Shown one piece after another: positions 39,636 to 50,255 of a stretch of 64,000 nt of DNA. A model generated the notes under the pieces. The model was given only the letters and a program-made list of their open reading frames with translations. It was not told where the DNA came from and searched no databases. Position 1 is the first letter of the stretch; every line of letters starts with the position of its first letter. Both the position numbers and the translations under genes were made by a program. The DNA comes from Verrucomicrobiia bacterium. Lineage in GTDB: Bacteria > Verrucomicrobiota > Verrucomicrobiia > Palsa-1439. The stretch is from contig JBBISF010000007.1 in assembly GCA_037441425.1 (NCBI GenBank), forward strand, positions 283-64,282, read 5' to 3'.

Positions 39636-42600
39636 ATGGCCAAAGAATCACGCGCTAAAAACAAAGTCGCGCCGGTGCCGGTTGCCGCGCCCGTCCCACC
39701 GGCCCCCCTGCGGTTCTTCACGCGGGCGGATTGGATCGCCGCGACGATCACATTTCTCATTTCCGGTTGTTTGTTCCTGTATTACATGTCGCCTTCGGTG
39801 ACGTTGGAAGATTCGGGCGAGTTGGTCACCGGCGCGTACAACTTCGGCGTCCCGCATCCGCCCGGTTATCCGCTGTGGGCGTTTCTTGGCTGGGTCTGGC
39901 GGCATCTTGTGCCATTTGGCAATCCGGCTTGGCGGATTTGCCTGATGTCGGTGGTCACGGGCGCACTGGTGGTCGGGGCTTTGTCTTTGTTGATGACGCG
40001 CAGCATTCTGAGTTTATTGCGGGCGCTGGCTTGGGCCGATCCCATCGACGAACGGATGAAGCACTGGATCGCGTTGACGGTCGGGGCGGCGGTGGCGCTG
40101 CTCTTCGGGTTCAATCGGGGCGTGTGGCTCTGGGCGTGCGTGCCGGAGATGCGGGTGCTGAACGTGTTCATGTTCATCCTGGTGGCCTGTACGTTCTTTG
40201 CGTGGATGATGCGCCCGCAACACAACGGGTTGATGTACGCCACCTTGCTCGTTTACGGACTGGGGATTTCCAATCACCAGACGATTGTCGTCATGGCGGT
40301 GCCGTTTATGATCGGCGCCTTCGCTGTCGGCTGGCTGGGTTCGGATGAGTCGGGACCGGTGCGGATGAAACGCCTGTCCGTGTTCTGGGAGCTGGTGGTG
40401 GCGGCGCTGTTCGCCTTGAGTTGCGGCGCGCTGGTGGATGCTTGGCTGCTGGCGACGCCCCAGTCTCCGTTGTTGGCACAAAGGATAAATTCGGTCATCT
40501 TGTTCGGGCCGGTGGTGCCGGCGCAGTTGTTGATCTTCGGGCCGGTCATCGTGGCCGTGGTCTTGCTGATCGTCTTCGGCGAACGCGGTTGGCTGAACCG
40601 TCGCCGCGCGCTGATTTGCACCGCCACCTTCTTGATGGGCTGCAGTTTCTACCTGTACATGCCGATCGCCGCCGCCACGAACCCCTCGATGAACTGGGGC
40701 TACGCCGCGACCAAGCAGGGGTTTCTTCACCATATCACCCGCGGGCAGTATGAACGGCTGAATCTCGCCAGTCCACTCAGCGAGGCGTTTTTCATTCAGA
40801 TTTATCTGTTTGTCCGGGCGTTGCTCCAGCAATTCAGCCTGCGGCTCGGATTCGAGAAGGACTTTTGGCTTGGCCTGCCGGTCGTGATGTGCGCACTGCT
40901 CACCCTCTCGCCCTTGATCAAGGGGTGGCACAGTTTGCGGGCGCACGGGCGAACCTGGTTGCTTTTCGTCTGGGCCGCGTTCCTGACCACGAGCCTCGGA
41001 TTGCTGACGATCATCAATCCCGGTCTCGACAAACAAAACCAGGAAATCAACATCAAGTTCTTCGCGCCGGCGCACGGGTTCTTTGCCATGCTGGTGGGCT
41101 ACGGGATCGCGATGACCCTGGCACTCATGCTCGTGTCCTGGAAGACGTGGTCCCGGGGAGTCGTACGGGGGATCTGTGTCGTGTTGTTGTTTCTGCCCCT
41201 CGTCTCCCTGCAGCGGAATCGGTCGGTCTGCGACCTGCGGGGTCACGATTTCGGGTATCAGTTTGGTTTTCGCATGTTCTATCCGGGCGACGGGTATCCG
41301 CCCATGGACAAGGACGCGGTATTGTACGGTGGCACCGATCCCGGTCGGTTTGTGCCGACCTACATGATCTTTTGCGAGAGCCGCGCCAAACCGGCGGATC
41401 GTTTTCAGGATTCACACTTCGACCCGACCGGCGGCCGGAACTTCGACCGCCGCGACGTTTATATCATCACGCAGAACGCGCTCGCGGACAACACGTACAT
41501 GAGCTACATCCGCGATCAGTACGACTACTCGCGGCCCGACCCGCGCAACCCGGTCACGTTGGAGAACTTCCCGGCTTGGCGCCGTTGGCTGTTTGAATGG
41601 GCGTGGAAACACCTCGACCGCGACACGATGTATCCCCCGCGGCCGATCTACATCCCCAGCGATCAGGATACGCAACGCGCCTTCTCCGAATACGTCCAGG
41701 GACTCCAACATCGTCAGCCCGGCCCCGACGAACAGGTCGAAATCAGTGGCGGCCAGGTGCAAGTCAAAGGCGTCGGCGGCGTCATGGCGATCAACGCCAT
41801 CCTGACCAAATGGATCTTCGAGCGCGCCCGCGACCAGCATTCATTCTACGTCGAGGAGAGCTACGTCATTCCGTGGATGTATCCGTACCTCTCGCCATTT
41901 GGCATCATCATGAAAATCAACCACGATCCGCTGCCCGGCCCCAACGAAAACCCGGCGCTCTGGCAACAGATCATCGCCCGCGACACCGCCTACTGGAACA
42001 ATCTTTACAAAGACTTCATGGCCCGCCCCGTGTTCCGGCGCGACAGCGACGCCCAGAAGACCTTCTCCAAACTCCGCAGTGCCATCGGCGGCATCTACGC
42101 GTTCCGAGGCCTCATCCCGCAGGCCGAGTACGCCTTCAAACAAGCGCGGGCCTTGTGCCCGGACAGCCCCGAAGCCAATTTCCGGCTGGCCCAACTCTAC
42201 ATGGAACGAAACCGGTTGGACGACGCCATCGCCGTCCTCACCGACCTGCAGAAACGCGACCCGTTGAACTCCAAAATCACGCAGACCATTCAACAACTCC
42301 AAGCCGTCAAACAAGGCCGCGCCGAAGCCCAGCAACTCGAACACACTCACACCGCCAACCCGCGCGACATCGGCGTGGTTCTCCAATTAGCCCAAACCTA
42401 TTTCAAAATCGGCGCTGTGGACAGAATTCCCCCGCTCTGCGAAACCTTCCTCGCCCAAACCAACCTCCCGGCAGGCGACATGATGCAGATCGCTCAAATC
42501 TACCTCTCCTTGCGGAACCTCGACCGCGGGGTCAGCGTCCTCCAACTCATCACCAACCGGTACCCCCGCGAAGCCCAGGCCTACTACGCCATCGCGGTTG

Positions 42601-42776
42601 TCCGCGCCGTTCAGGGTAATACGGACGATTCCCTCAACGCCCTGGCCCGCGCGATCGAGCTCAACGCCGCCTTCCGCGATCAAGCCCACGGTGACGCCCG
42701 GTTCAACAATCTCCGCGCCCAGCCCCGGTTCCAGCAACTGGTCGGCGCCGATGCCAATCCGTTCAAACTGAACTGA
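39636..42776 (+). CDS. DUF2723/TMEM260-like GT-C membrane protein with C-terminal TPRs
   Basis: LEDSGEL...GVPHPPGYP, many TMs, GGTDPGRF, TPR-like C-terminus. Confidence 0.8.
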   Translation: MAKESRAKNKVAPVPVAAPVPPAPLRFFTRADWIAATITFLISGCLFLYYMSPSVTLEDSGELVTGAYNFGVPHPPGYPLWAFLGWVWRHLVPFGNPAWRICLMSVVTGALVVGALSLLMTRSILSLLRALAWADPIDERMKHWIALTVGAAVALLFGFNRGVWLWACVPEMRVLNVFMFILVACTFFAWMMRPQHNGLMYATLLVYGLGISNHQTIVVMAVPFMIGAFAVGWLGSDESGPVRMKRLSVFWELVVAALFALSCGALVDAWLLATPQSPLLAQRINSVILFGPVVPAQLLIFGPVIVAVVLLIVFGERGWLNRRRALICTATFLMGCSFYLYMPIAAATNPSMNWGYAATKQGFLHHITRGQYERLNLASPLSEAFFIQIYLFVRALLQQFSLRLGFEKDFWLGLPVVMCALLTLSPLIKGWHSLRAHGRTWLLFVWAAFLTTSLGLLTIINPGLDKQNQEINIKFFAPAHGFFAMLVGYGIAMTLALMLVSWKTWSRGVVRGICVVLLFLPLVSLQRNRSVCDLRGHDFGYQFGFRMFYPGDGYPPMDKDAVLYGGTDPGRFVPTYMIFCESRAKPADRFQDSHFDPTGGRNFDRRDVYIITQNALADNTYMSYIRDQYDYSRPDPRNPVTLENFPAWRRWLFEWAWKHLDRDTMYPPRPIYIPSDQDTQRAFSEYVQGLQHRQPGPDEQVEISGGQVQVKGVGGVMAINAILTKWIFERARDQHSFYVEESYVIPWMYPYLSPFGIIMKINHDPLPGPNENPALWQQIIARDTAYWNNLYKDFMARPVFRRDSDAQKTFSKLRSAIGGIYAFRGLIPQAEYAFKQARALCPDSPEANFRLAQLYMERNRLDDAIAVLTDLQKRDPLNSKITQTIQQLQAVKQGRAEAQQLEHTHTANPRDIGVVLQLAQTYFKIGAVDRIPPLCETFLAQTNLPAGDMMQIAQIYLSLRNLDRGVSVLQLITNRYPREAQAYYAIAVVRAVQGNTDDSLNALARAIELNAAFRDQAHGDARFNNLRAQPRFQQLVGADANPFKLN

Positions 42777-42938
42777 TCGGGTGATCGCGGTTTCGGCCTC
42801 CCCGCCGATTGTCCTCAACGAACTGACCGCCTGTTTGCCCGGAGCCAACGTCCACTGCGTCCCATCAACCCCGGCGGCTTGCGAAGGGGGGCATTTTTTC
42901 AGCATTTCTTTTTGGCAGCGGGCCGCTATCCTGTCGCC

Positions 42939-43712
42939 GTGGATCAGACGCTTTCAATCTTGGCGCGGGTAAGTCTGGCGTTTGTGTTGGCGGTGGTGGG
43001 CGGCATCCTCAGCGCTTCGGCGGGAGTCACCCACGCGCGCCTGTGCGCGTTGATCAGTCTGGCGGCAGGCACGCTCTTGGGCGTGACCGGGTTTGTCATT
43101 CTACCGGAATCGGCCGCGGCGATGCGGTGGTGGGAACTGTTGGTCGCCTTGATTTCCGGGTACGCGGTTTTTTATTTTATCAGCAAGTACGTCTATCACG
43201 TTTGCCCCGCCTGTGCCGCGAGTCACTTCGACGAATCCACCACCCATCGGTTCAGTGAGATTGCCAGCGCGTTGATTATTGCGTTGGCGGTGCACAGCAC
43301 GATGGACGGGCTGGCGCTGGCGGCCGGGCACGAGGCCGGGCACCGGCTGGATGCGACGTTGCTGGTCGCGGTCTGTGTCCACAAGGTGCCGGAAGGACTG
43401 GCGCTGGGCGCGTTGCTGTTGGGCGCCGGGTACCAGCGGTGGCGCGCCACCGGTTGGGTCGCGGCGGTCGAGGCGACGACAATTTTGGGCGGGGGGTTGG
43501 GGTTGCTGTTTCTGCCGGTCAGCCACACGGATCAATTACCGTTCTGGCTGGCCGCGGTGCTGGCGCACGTGGGCGGGGGGTTCGTGTATCTGGCGACGCA
43601 CGCGGTGTTGGGGGAGTTGGTGAAACACGGGAAGCGGACGGTGCTGGTGAATTTCGTGGCGGGCATCCTAGTGATTGGGGCGCTCAGTCTGGCGGTGCGC
43701 TTGTGGGGATGA
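42939..43712 (+). CDS. ZIP family metal transporter
   Basis: AAGTLL, HSTMDGLA, HKVPEGLA, GGFVY; about 8 TMs. Confidence 0.88.
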   Translation: MDQTLSILARVSLAFVLAVVGGILSASAGVTHARLCALISLAAGTLLGVTGFVILPESAAAMRWWELLVALISGYAVFYFISKYVYHVCPACAASHFDESTTHRFSEIASALIIALAVHSTMDGLALAAGHEAGHRLDATLLVAVCVHKVPEGLALGALLLGAGYQRWRATGWVAAVEATTILGGGLGLLFLPVSHTDQLPFWLAAVLAHVGGGFVYLATHAVLGELVKHGKRTVLVNFVAGILVIGALSLAVRLWG

Positions 43713-44221
43713 AAAAAATCGCCCGCGTGGGCCTCATCGTGGCGGCGGTCGGCGGCGGCGGGTTGTTGACGTGGATCGCGCTGGCGCGGTTGCGGGATGC
43801 GCGCGGGTTCGGCGCGCCGCACCGGGTGCAGACGGCCGGCGGGACGAATTACGTGGCGCGGATGGTGGAGACGACCATCGGGCGGACGGAGGCCGGGCTG
43901 CTGGTGGTGGTGACGATCCGGTTGGAGAACCCGAATTCGTTTGCGGTTCTGTTGCCCCGCTGTTCCTTTGTGCTGGTGGACAAGGCAAAGGATTATTTCC
44001 TGCCGGCCGAGTCGGATACGCAACCGGCCTGGATCAAACTGCCACCCCATGGCGTGGCAGACAACGAATTGCTGACCTACGCTGTCCAAGAGGATACATT
44101 TCAGGGGATGCTCGGCCTGCAAATTGGCCGCTATTATTGGATGATGTTGAAGGGGTCGCGACCCTACGCGCAACCGTTGAAGAAGGATGAATACCGGACT
44201 TTCCACCGCCGCGATTGGTAG
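43709..44221 (+). CDS. Membrane-anchored hypothetical protein
   Basis: ATG overlaps the ZIP stop; N-terminal TM followed by a beta-rich domain. Confidence 0.6.
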   Translation: MKKIARVGLIVAAVGGGGLLTWIALARLRDARGFGAPHRVQTAGGTNYVARMVETTIGRTEAGLLVVVTIRLENPNSFAVLLPRCSFVLVDKAKDYFLPAESDTQPAWIKLPPHGVADNELLTYAVQEDTFQGMLGLQIGRYYWMMLKGSRPYAQPLKKDEYRTFHRRDW

Positions 44222-44227
44222 GCGGTC

Positions 44228-44833
44228 ATGATCAAACGGCTGAAGTTTTATCTGCTGGGCCTGTTGATTCTCGGGCCGACGGCGGCCGCGTTGTATTTCT
44301 ATTTTTTCGGTTCGCCGCGCGGGGCGCCCCGGCGGATCGCGGACCCGCCGGCGTTGGTGCGGCAAATTCAACAACTGAGCGAACTGGTGACGGTGAAGTA
44401 CAGCGTCCAGAAAGTCATCGGGTTGGAGGAACAAAAAATCCCCTTCGGCAAAGAGTCGCTGCTGTTGTTGGTGCAGGCCGACGTGCTCGGCGGGGTGGAC
44501 CTTTCACAATTGACGCCGGCCGACGTGACGGTGGCGGCGGAGAAGTCGGTGACGATTCGGCTGCCGGCCGCGCAGATTCTCCACATCGCGACCAACGAGC
44601 AACAAACCAAGGTGTGGGACCGGCAAAAGACGTGGTGGACGCCGTGGGTGCCGTTCAACCCCGCGCTGGACCAGCAAGCCCGGCAATTGGCGCAGGAATC
44701 CATTCAAGCGGCGGCGCTGCAAATGGGCATCCTGAGCGAGGCACAAACCAACGCCGAGAAGGTGATTCGCAACTTTCTGACGGCGGTCGGTGTTGAATCG
44801 ATAAGCTTTGAACACGCTCCGACAACTCCATGA
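44228..44833 (+). CDS. DUF4230-family protein
   Basis: QIQQLSELVT, GGVDLSQL, IRLPAAQI, GILSEAQTNA. Confidence 0.8.
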   Translation: MIKRLKFYLLGLLILGPTAAALYFYFFGSPRGAPRRIADPPALVRQIQQLSELVTVKYSVQKVIGLEEQKIPFGKESLLLLVQADVLGGVDLSQLTPADVTVAAEKSVTIRLPAAQILHIATNEQQTKVWDRQKTWWTPWVPFNPALDQQARQLAQESIQAAALQMGILSEAQTNAEKVIRNFLTAVGVESISFEHAPTTP

Positions 44834-46014
44834 AACGCAAACAACTCATCTGGCTCCTGGTCATCATCATCCTCGTTGGTATCGGCGGACTGTGGTATTC
44901 CCGGCACCGTGCCGAAGACGAACCTCATTATCAAACCACTCCGGCGACGCGCGGTGAGCTGACCCAGGTTGTCACCGCTACCGGCCAGCTCAACCCCGTC
45001 GTCAACGTCCAAGTCGGCTGCCAGATTTCCGGCACGATCGCCAAGTTGTACGCCGACTACAACTCGCAGGTCACGAACCGCCAAGTCATTGCCCAGATTG
45101 ATCCGGCCATCTACCAAGCCAACCTGCATCAAGCCGAAGGCGACCTCGCCAACACCAAAGCCGCGCTGGAGTTGGCGCAGGTCAACGCCACCCGGTCGCA
45201 AAAACTGTTCAACGATAAACTGATTCCGCAATCCGATCTGGATCAGGCGACCGCCACCCTGCATCAGGCCCAAGCCACCGTGCAACTCAAGGAAGCCGCG
45301 CTCGAAAAGGCGAAAGTGGACCTGGAACACTGCACGATCTACTCGCCCGTGGACGGCATCGTCATCTCCCGGAACGTGGATGTCGGCCAAACCGTCGCCG
45401 CCAGTCTCAGCGCGCCGACGTTATTCGTCATCGCCAACGACCTCACCAAAATGCAGATTGACGCCAACGTGGCCGAGGCCGACATCGGCGGCGTCGCAAT
45501 GGATCAGAACGTGGATTTCACCGTGGACGCTTTTCCTTACCGGACGTTCCACGGCAAAGTTGTCCAAGTCCGCAACTCGCCGATCACGGTGCAAAACGTG
45601 GTCACCTACGACACCGTCATCGGCGTCAGCAATCCCGACTTGAAACTGCGGCCCGGCATGACCGCCAACGTCTCGATCATCATCGCGCACCGCGATAATG
45701 CGCTCAAGATTCCCAACGCCGCCTTGCGCTTCCGCCCGGCCACCGGGGAAACCGCCCGCGCGTCGCACAAACGCGCCGGTGGTTCGGAACACCAAGCCGG
45801 CCCGCATTCCGCCAAGCGCACCATCTACATCTTGAAGATCGCCGACGCCACCACGCCGGAAGCCGTCACCATCACCACCGGCATCACGGACGGCATTTCC
45901 ACCGAAGTGATCGATGGGCTGAAGGAAAACGATCTGGTGATCACCGGCATGGCGCTCCCGCAAAGTGCCGGGTCACAAACGACCAATCCCTTCGTCCCGT
46001 CGCATCGGTTCTGA
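44830..46014 (+). CDS. MacA-like periplasmic adaptor subunit
   Basis: ATGQLNP, QISGTI, IYSPVDG, GQTVAASL.APTLF, LRPGMTANV. Confidence 0.92.
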   Translation: MKRKQLIWLLVIIILVGIGGLWYSRHRAEDEPHYQTTPATRGELTQVVTATGQLNPVVNVQVGCQISGTIAKLYADYNSQVTNRQVIAQIDPAIYQANLHQAEGDLANTKAALELAQVNATRSQKLFNDKLIPQSDLDQATATLHQAQATVQLKEAALEKAKVDLEHCTIYSPVDGIVISRNVDVGQTVAASLSAPTLFVIANDLTKMQIDANVAEADIGGVAMDQNVDFTVDAFPYRTFHGKVVQVRNSPITVQNVVTYDTVIGVSNPDLKLRPGMTANVSIIIAHRDNALKIPNAALRFRPATGETARASHKRAGGSEHQAGPHSAKRTIYILKIADATTPEAVTITTGITDGISTEVIDGLKENDLVITGMALPQSAGSQTTNPFVPSHRF

Positions 46015-46018
46015 TTCC

Positions 46019-46780
46019 GTGAGTGCCGTCATCAAATTGGAGGACGTTCACCGGATCTATGACACCGGCGATGTGAAGGTGCACGCGGTCCGGGGGGTGG
46101 CGCTCGAAGTGCGGCAGGGTGAATTCGTCGCCATCATGGGGGCGAGTGGTTCCGGTAAATCCACGCTCATGAATATCATCGGCTGCCTCGACCGCCCAAC
46201 GCGCGGCCGGTACGCGCTCGACGGCACGGATGTTTCTCAACTCGATCGCGAACAACTCGCGGATATTCGCAATCAGAAACTGGGGTTTGTTTTTCAGGGT
46301 TTCAATCTGCTCTCCCGCACGACCGCGCTGGAAAACGTCGAATTACCCATGCTGTACACCCACGACCACCTCAAGGCCGAAGACCAGCAGAAACGCGCGT
46401 TGCACGCGCTGGAAATCGTGGGCCTCTCCGATCGCGCCGGCCATTATCCCAGCCAGCTTTCCGGCGGCCAACAACAACGCGTCGCCATCGCCCGGGCGCT
46501 CGTGAACCAACCGGCCGTGTTGCTGGCTGACGAACCCACGGGTAATCTCGACAGCCGCACCAGCGTGGAAGTCATGGGGGTCTTTCAGAAACTCAACGAC
46601 GAGGGCATCACCATCATCATGGTCACGCACGAACTCGACATCGCCCGGTACACGAAGCGCAACGTCGTCATGCGCGATGGCCAAATCGTGGCCGATGCCG
46701 CCGTGACCCAACGGTTGAAGGCGGAAGACGAAATGCGGCAACTCCAGCAGGCCCAGCAAGCCGTCCATCTCGCGCCATGA
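46019..46780 (+). CDS. MacB/LolD-like ABC ATP-binding protein
   Basis: [27 protein letters not shown]. Confidence 0.93.
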   Translation: MSAVIKLEDVHRIYDTGDVKVHAVRGVALEVRQGEFVAIMGASGSGKSTLMNIIGCLDRPTRGRYALDGTDVSQLDREQLADIRNQKLGFVFQGFNLLSRTTALENVELPMLYTHDHLKAEDQQKRALHALEIVGLSDRAGHYPSQLSGGQQQRVAIARALVNQPAVLLADEPTGNLDSRTSVEVMGVFQKLNDEGITIIMVTHELDIARYTKRNVVMRDGQIVADAAVTQRLKAEDEMRQLQQAQQAVHLAP

Positions 46781-47994
46781 GAGTTATCGCCACCTTGCGA
46801 ATCGCGTTGCGGGCGCTGCGCCGGAACAAAATGCGCTCCGTGCTGACGACGCTGGGCATCATCATCGGCGTCGGCGCGGTGATTGCGATGGTCGGCATTG
46901 GTAACGGCGCGAAAGCGCAGGTCGAGGCGCAGATCGCCAGTCTCGGGGAAAATGTGATTCTAATCTTTTCCGGCAGTGTGACCGCCAGCGGCCTGCATAC
47001 CGGCTGGGGCAGCGCGGGGACGTTGACCGTGGAGGATGCGACGGCGATCAAGCGGGAGATTCCCGGCGTTCTGCTGGTCAGTCCGGAAGTCCGCGGTACC
47101 AAGCAGGTCGCCGCGGGCAATCAAAACTGGTTTACTTTGATTCTCGGTGAAGGGCCGGATTATTTCGACATCCGGCAATGGCCGCTATCCGCAGGGGCGA
47201 CGTTCACGGAACAGGACGTGCGCAGCGCCAGCAAAGTGGCGGTCATCGGCCAGACGACCGCCCGGCAATTGTTCGGCGACCAAAGTCCGGTGGGACAGAT
47301 CGTCCGCGTCCAGAACGTGCCGTTTATCATCGTGGGTGAGTTGACGCCGCGCGGGCTGTCGGTGATGGGCACGGATCAGGACGATGTCATGGTGCTGCCG
47401 TACACCAGCGCCATGAAACGCGTGCTGGGCACCACCACGTTGCGCACCATCAACGTTCAGGCCGCCAACGCGGTGGTGTTGAACGAGGTGCAACAGCAGA
47501 TCGTCGCGTTGCTCCGGCAACGGCACCGGATCACGCCCGGCAAGGACGATGATTTCACTGTGCGCAGTCAGGAGGAAATCGCTGAGCACGCCACCGCCAC
47601 TTCCAAAGTCATGACGGTTCTGCTTGGTGCCATCGCCAGCGTGTCGCTGCTGGTCGGCGGGATCGGCATCATGAATATCATGTTGGTCAGTGTCACCGAG
47701 CGCACCCGGGAGATCGGCATCCGCATGGCGGTGGGGGCGCACGGGCGCGACATTCTGCTGCAATTTCTGATCGAGGCGATCACGCTGAGTTCGCTGGGCG
47801 GTCTCATCGGCATCGCGCTGGGGTTGGGCACGGCCAAGGCGCTGTCCGTCATCGCCCACTGGCCGACGTTAATCTCCGTCAGTTCGATTGTGGTGGCGTT
47901 TTTGTTCAGCGCGGCAGTCGGGATCTTTTTCGGCTTCTACCCGGCCCGCAAAGCCTCGCGCCTTGACCCCATCGAAGCCCTGCGATACGAATGA
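46777..47994 (+). CDS. MacB-like ABC permease
   Basis: RSVLTTLGIIIG, GGIGIMNIMLVSVTERTREIG, LDPIEALRYE. Confidence 0.95.
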   Translation: MRVIATLRIALRALRRNKMRSVLTTLGIIIGVGAVIAMVGIGNGAKAQVEAQIASLGENVILIFSGSVTASGLHTGWGSAGTLTVEDATAIKREIPGVLLVSPEVRGTKQVAAGNQNWFTLILGEGPDYFDIRQWPLSAGATFTEQDVRSASKVAVIGQTTARQLFGDQSPVGQIVRVQNVPFIIVGELTPRGLSVMGTDQDDVMVLPYTSAMKRVLGTTTLRTINVQAANAVVLNEVQQQIVALLRQRHRITPGKDDDFTVRSQEEIAEHATATSKVMTVLLGAIASVSLLVGGIGIMNIMLVSVTERTREIGIRMAVGAHGRDILLQFLIEAITLSSLGGLIGIALGLGTAKALSVIAHWPTLISVSSIVVAFLFSAAVGIFFGFYPARKASRLDPIEALRYE

Positions 47995-49490
47995 GTTCTC
48001 CTATGAAGAAGTGGCTGATCATCCTTTTGGCTGTCGCCGCCGTTGTTGACTGCGACGGGCTCCGGGCCGCCGAACCCTCCGTCATTCGGTCACTCACGCT
48101 TCGCGAATGCATCGAACGCGCGTTGGCCCACAATCTCGACGTGAAGATCGAACGGATCAATCCGCAGATTGAATCGTGGAACATCATCTACCAACAGGGC
48201 GTGTTCGACCCGGCGCTGACCGGCAGCGTCAACTACCAAGATTTCACCGAAGCGCTGGGGCCCGAGTCCCAAAGGTCGCTAGGTTTAAGTTCGCTGAAGT
48301 CGCAGACGCTGGCGTTCAACACGGGCTTGGGCGGAAAGCTGCCGACCGGCACGAGTTACGATATTTCGGCGTTCGACAACCGGGAATCCGGGACGCTCAC
48401 CTCGAATTTCGTCTTCACCGGCGCGACGGCGATCACGCTGACACAGCCGTTGCTCAAGAATTTTGGCTTGGGCGCGAACACGGCCCAGATTCGCATCGCC
48501 CGCAACAACCGGCAGATCGCGCAGGAGACGCTGACGCAGCAGGTCATTGATTCGATCTCGGCGGTACAGAACGCTTACTACGAACTGGTGTACGCAATCG
48601 AGAACGACAAAGCCACCGTCGAAGACTTGAACCGCGCCAAAACGTTGCTGGCGGAAAACCGGAAACGGGTCGAATTGGGCGTGCTCTCGCCGCTGGATGT
48701 GACGCAGGCCGAAGCCGGCGTGGCGGAACGCGAAGAAGCGGTCATCGTCGCGGAACGCGCGATCAAAGATAATGAGAACGCCTTGAAGCGGCTGATTTCC
48801 CAGGATGTAAGTGAGTTCCGCGGCCAATCGCTCGTGCCGGTAGATCCGTTGCGGGTGGAAAAAACCTCGCTCAGTGTCGAACGCAGCACGCAAACCGCGC
48901 TGAAAATGCGTCCTGATTTCCGGCAAGCCCGGCTCCAAGCCGAGCAGCAGGGCATCCTCGTCAAATTCAACCGGAACCAACTCTGGCCGGAGGTAGATCT
49001 CGAAGGCAGCTACGGTTACAACGGCATCGGCGGCACGTTCGGGCGGTTGACGGACAACATCGGCAGCGGGGAGAATCCCCAATGGAGCGTGGGGGTGGTG
49101 GTGACGGTGCCCATCGGCAACCGGCAGGCCCGCGCCAATTATCACAGCGCCAAGCTCGGCGAAGACCAAGCGTTGCTCAAACTGAAACGCGTCGAACAGG
49201 ATGCCATCGTGGCCGTGGACAACGCGGTGGGCCAGGTCGAAACCAACCTGAAACGCATTGACGCCACCGTTGCGGCGCGCCGGTTGGCGGAAGAATCATT
49301 GGCGGCCGAGGAAGAAAAGTTGCGGGCCGGCACCTCGACCAGTTTCCTCGTGCTCCAGGCCCAAGCGCAACTGGCCGCCGCCCGCTCGGCGGAGATCCGC
49401 GCCCAGGCCGATTACAGCGAGTCGCTCGTGGCCTTGTACCAGGCCGAAGGCACGACGTTGATGAAGAACAACATCGCCCTCGAGAACTAG
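47991..49490 (+). CDS. TolC-family outer membrane protein
   Basis: Signal peptide, ALAHN, LTQPLL, OEP helical repeats. Confidence 0.9.
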   Translation: MSSPMKKWLIILLAVAAVVDCDGLRAAEPSVIRSLTLRECIERALAHNLDVKIERINPQIESWNIIYQQGVFDPALTGSVNYQDFTEALGPESQRSLGLSSLKSQTLAFNTGLGGKLPTGTSYDISAFDNRESGTLTSNFVFTGATAITLTQPLLKNFGLGANTAQIRIARNNRQIAQETLTQQVIDSISAVQNAYYELVYAIENDKATVEDLNRAKTLLAENRKRVELGVLSPLDVTQAEAGVAEREEAVIVAERAIKDNENALKRLISQDVSEFRGQSLVPVDPLRVEKTSLSVERSTQTALKMRPDFRQARLQAEQQGILVKFNRNQLWPEVDLEGSYGYNGIGGTFGRLTDNIGSGENPQWSVGVVVTVPIGNRQARANYHSAKLGEDQALLKLKRVEQDAIVAVDNAVGQVETNLKRIDATVAARRLAEESLAAEEEKLRAGTSTSFLVLQAQAQLAAARSAEIRAQADYSESLVALYQAEGTTLMKNNIALEN

Positions 49491-50255
49491 ATGCATCCGA
49501 TTTTTCTACATTGGGGTCATTTGGAGATTCGCACCTACGGCGTGATGGTGGCGCTGGGATTTGCCGCGGGCTTGTGGCTGGCCGCCCGGCGCGCGCGGAT
49601 CGCCGGGTTTGATCCCGAAAAAATCCAGCAGTTAGGCATCTGGCTGATCATGGCCGGCATGGCCGGCGGCAAACTGTTCTACATCCTTTTGTTCTGGCGG
49701 GACTTTTTGACCGGGTGGCGCGTGGACGGGTGGAATTCCTTGCGCGAGGGCTTTGTATTTTACGGCGGCTTCATCGGCGCGGCGGTCGGCGCGGTGATCT
49801 ACGCGCGCCTCCACCGCCTGACGCTGTGGAAGGTGGCGGACGTTTACGCACCGGCGGTGGCGCTCGGTCATGCATTTGGGCGATTGGGCTGTTTCTTTAA
49901 CGGGTGCTGCTACGGCAAAGTCTGCACGTTGCCGTGGGCGGTGACGTTCCCGTCGCCGCACGTGATGGCCGGGATCCCGGTGCATCCGACGGAGTTGTAC
50001 GAGGTGGCCGGGAATCTCCTCATCTGCGGCGCGCTGCTGGCCTACAGTCGCCACGAACGGCGGACCGGACAGGTCTGGTGGTTGTACGTGTTGAGTTACG
50101 GCGTGCTCCGGTTCACCGTGGAGTTCTTCCGGGGCGACTACCCGGTTTATTACGACGGCATTTTCACGTTGGGACACATCGAAGCGGGGACGATGATTGT
50201 TGTCGCCGCGGTGGCGCTGTTCATTTTATCGCGCCGACAAGGACATCATGCTTGA
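49491..50255 (+). CDS. lgt: Prolipoprotein diacylglyceryl transferase (copy 2)
   Basis: TYGVM, FYGG, GRLGCFFNGCCYG, HPTELYE, RFTVEFFRGD. Confidence 0.92.
   Translation: MHPIFLHWGHLEIRTYGVMVALGFAAGLWLAARRARIAGFDPEKIQQLGIWLIMAGMAGGKLFYILLFWRDFLTGWRVDGWNSLREGFVFYGGFIGAAVGAVIYARLHRLTLWKVADVYAPAVALGHAFGRLGCFFNGCCYGKVCTLPWAVTFPSPHVMAGIPVHPTELYEVAGNLLICGALLAYSRHERRTGQVWWLYVLSYGVLRFTVEFFRGDYPVYYDGIFTLGHIEAGTMIVVAAVALFILSRRQGHHA

Noticed and set aside
41600-43950. Switch from C-rich (3' part of the DUF2723 gene) to G-rich (ZIP and next gene) sequence on the same strand
   Set aside because: Seen by eye only; no integrase, att site or repeat at the boundary, and it may reflect amino-acid composition
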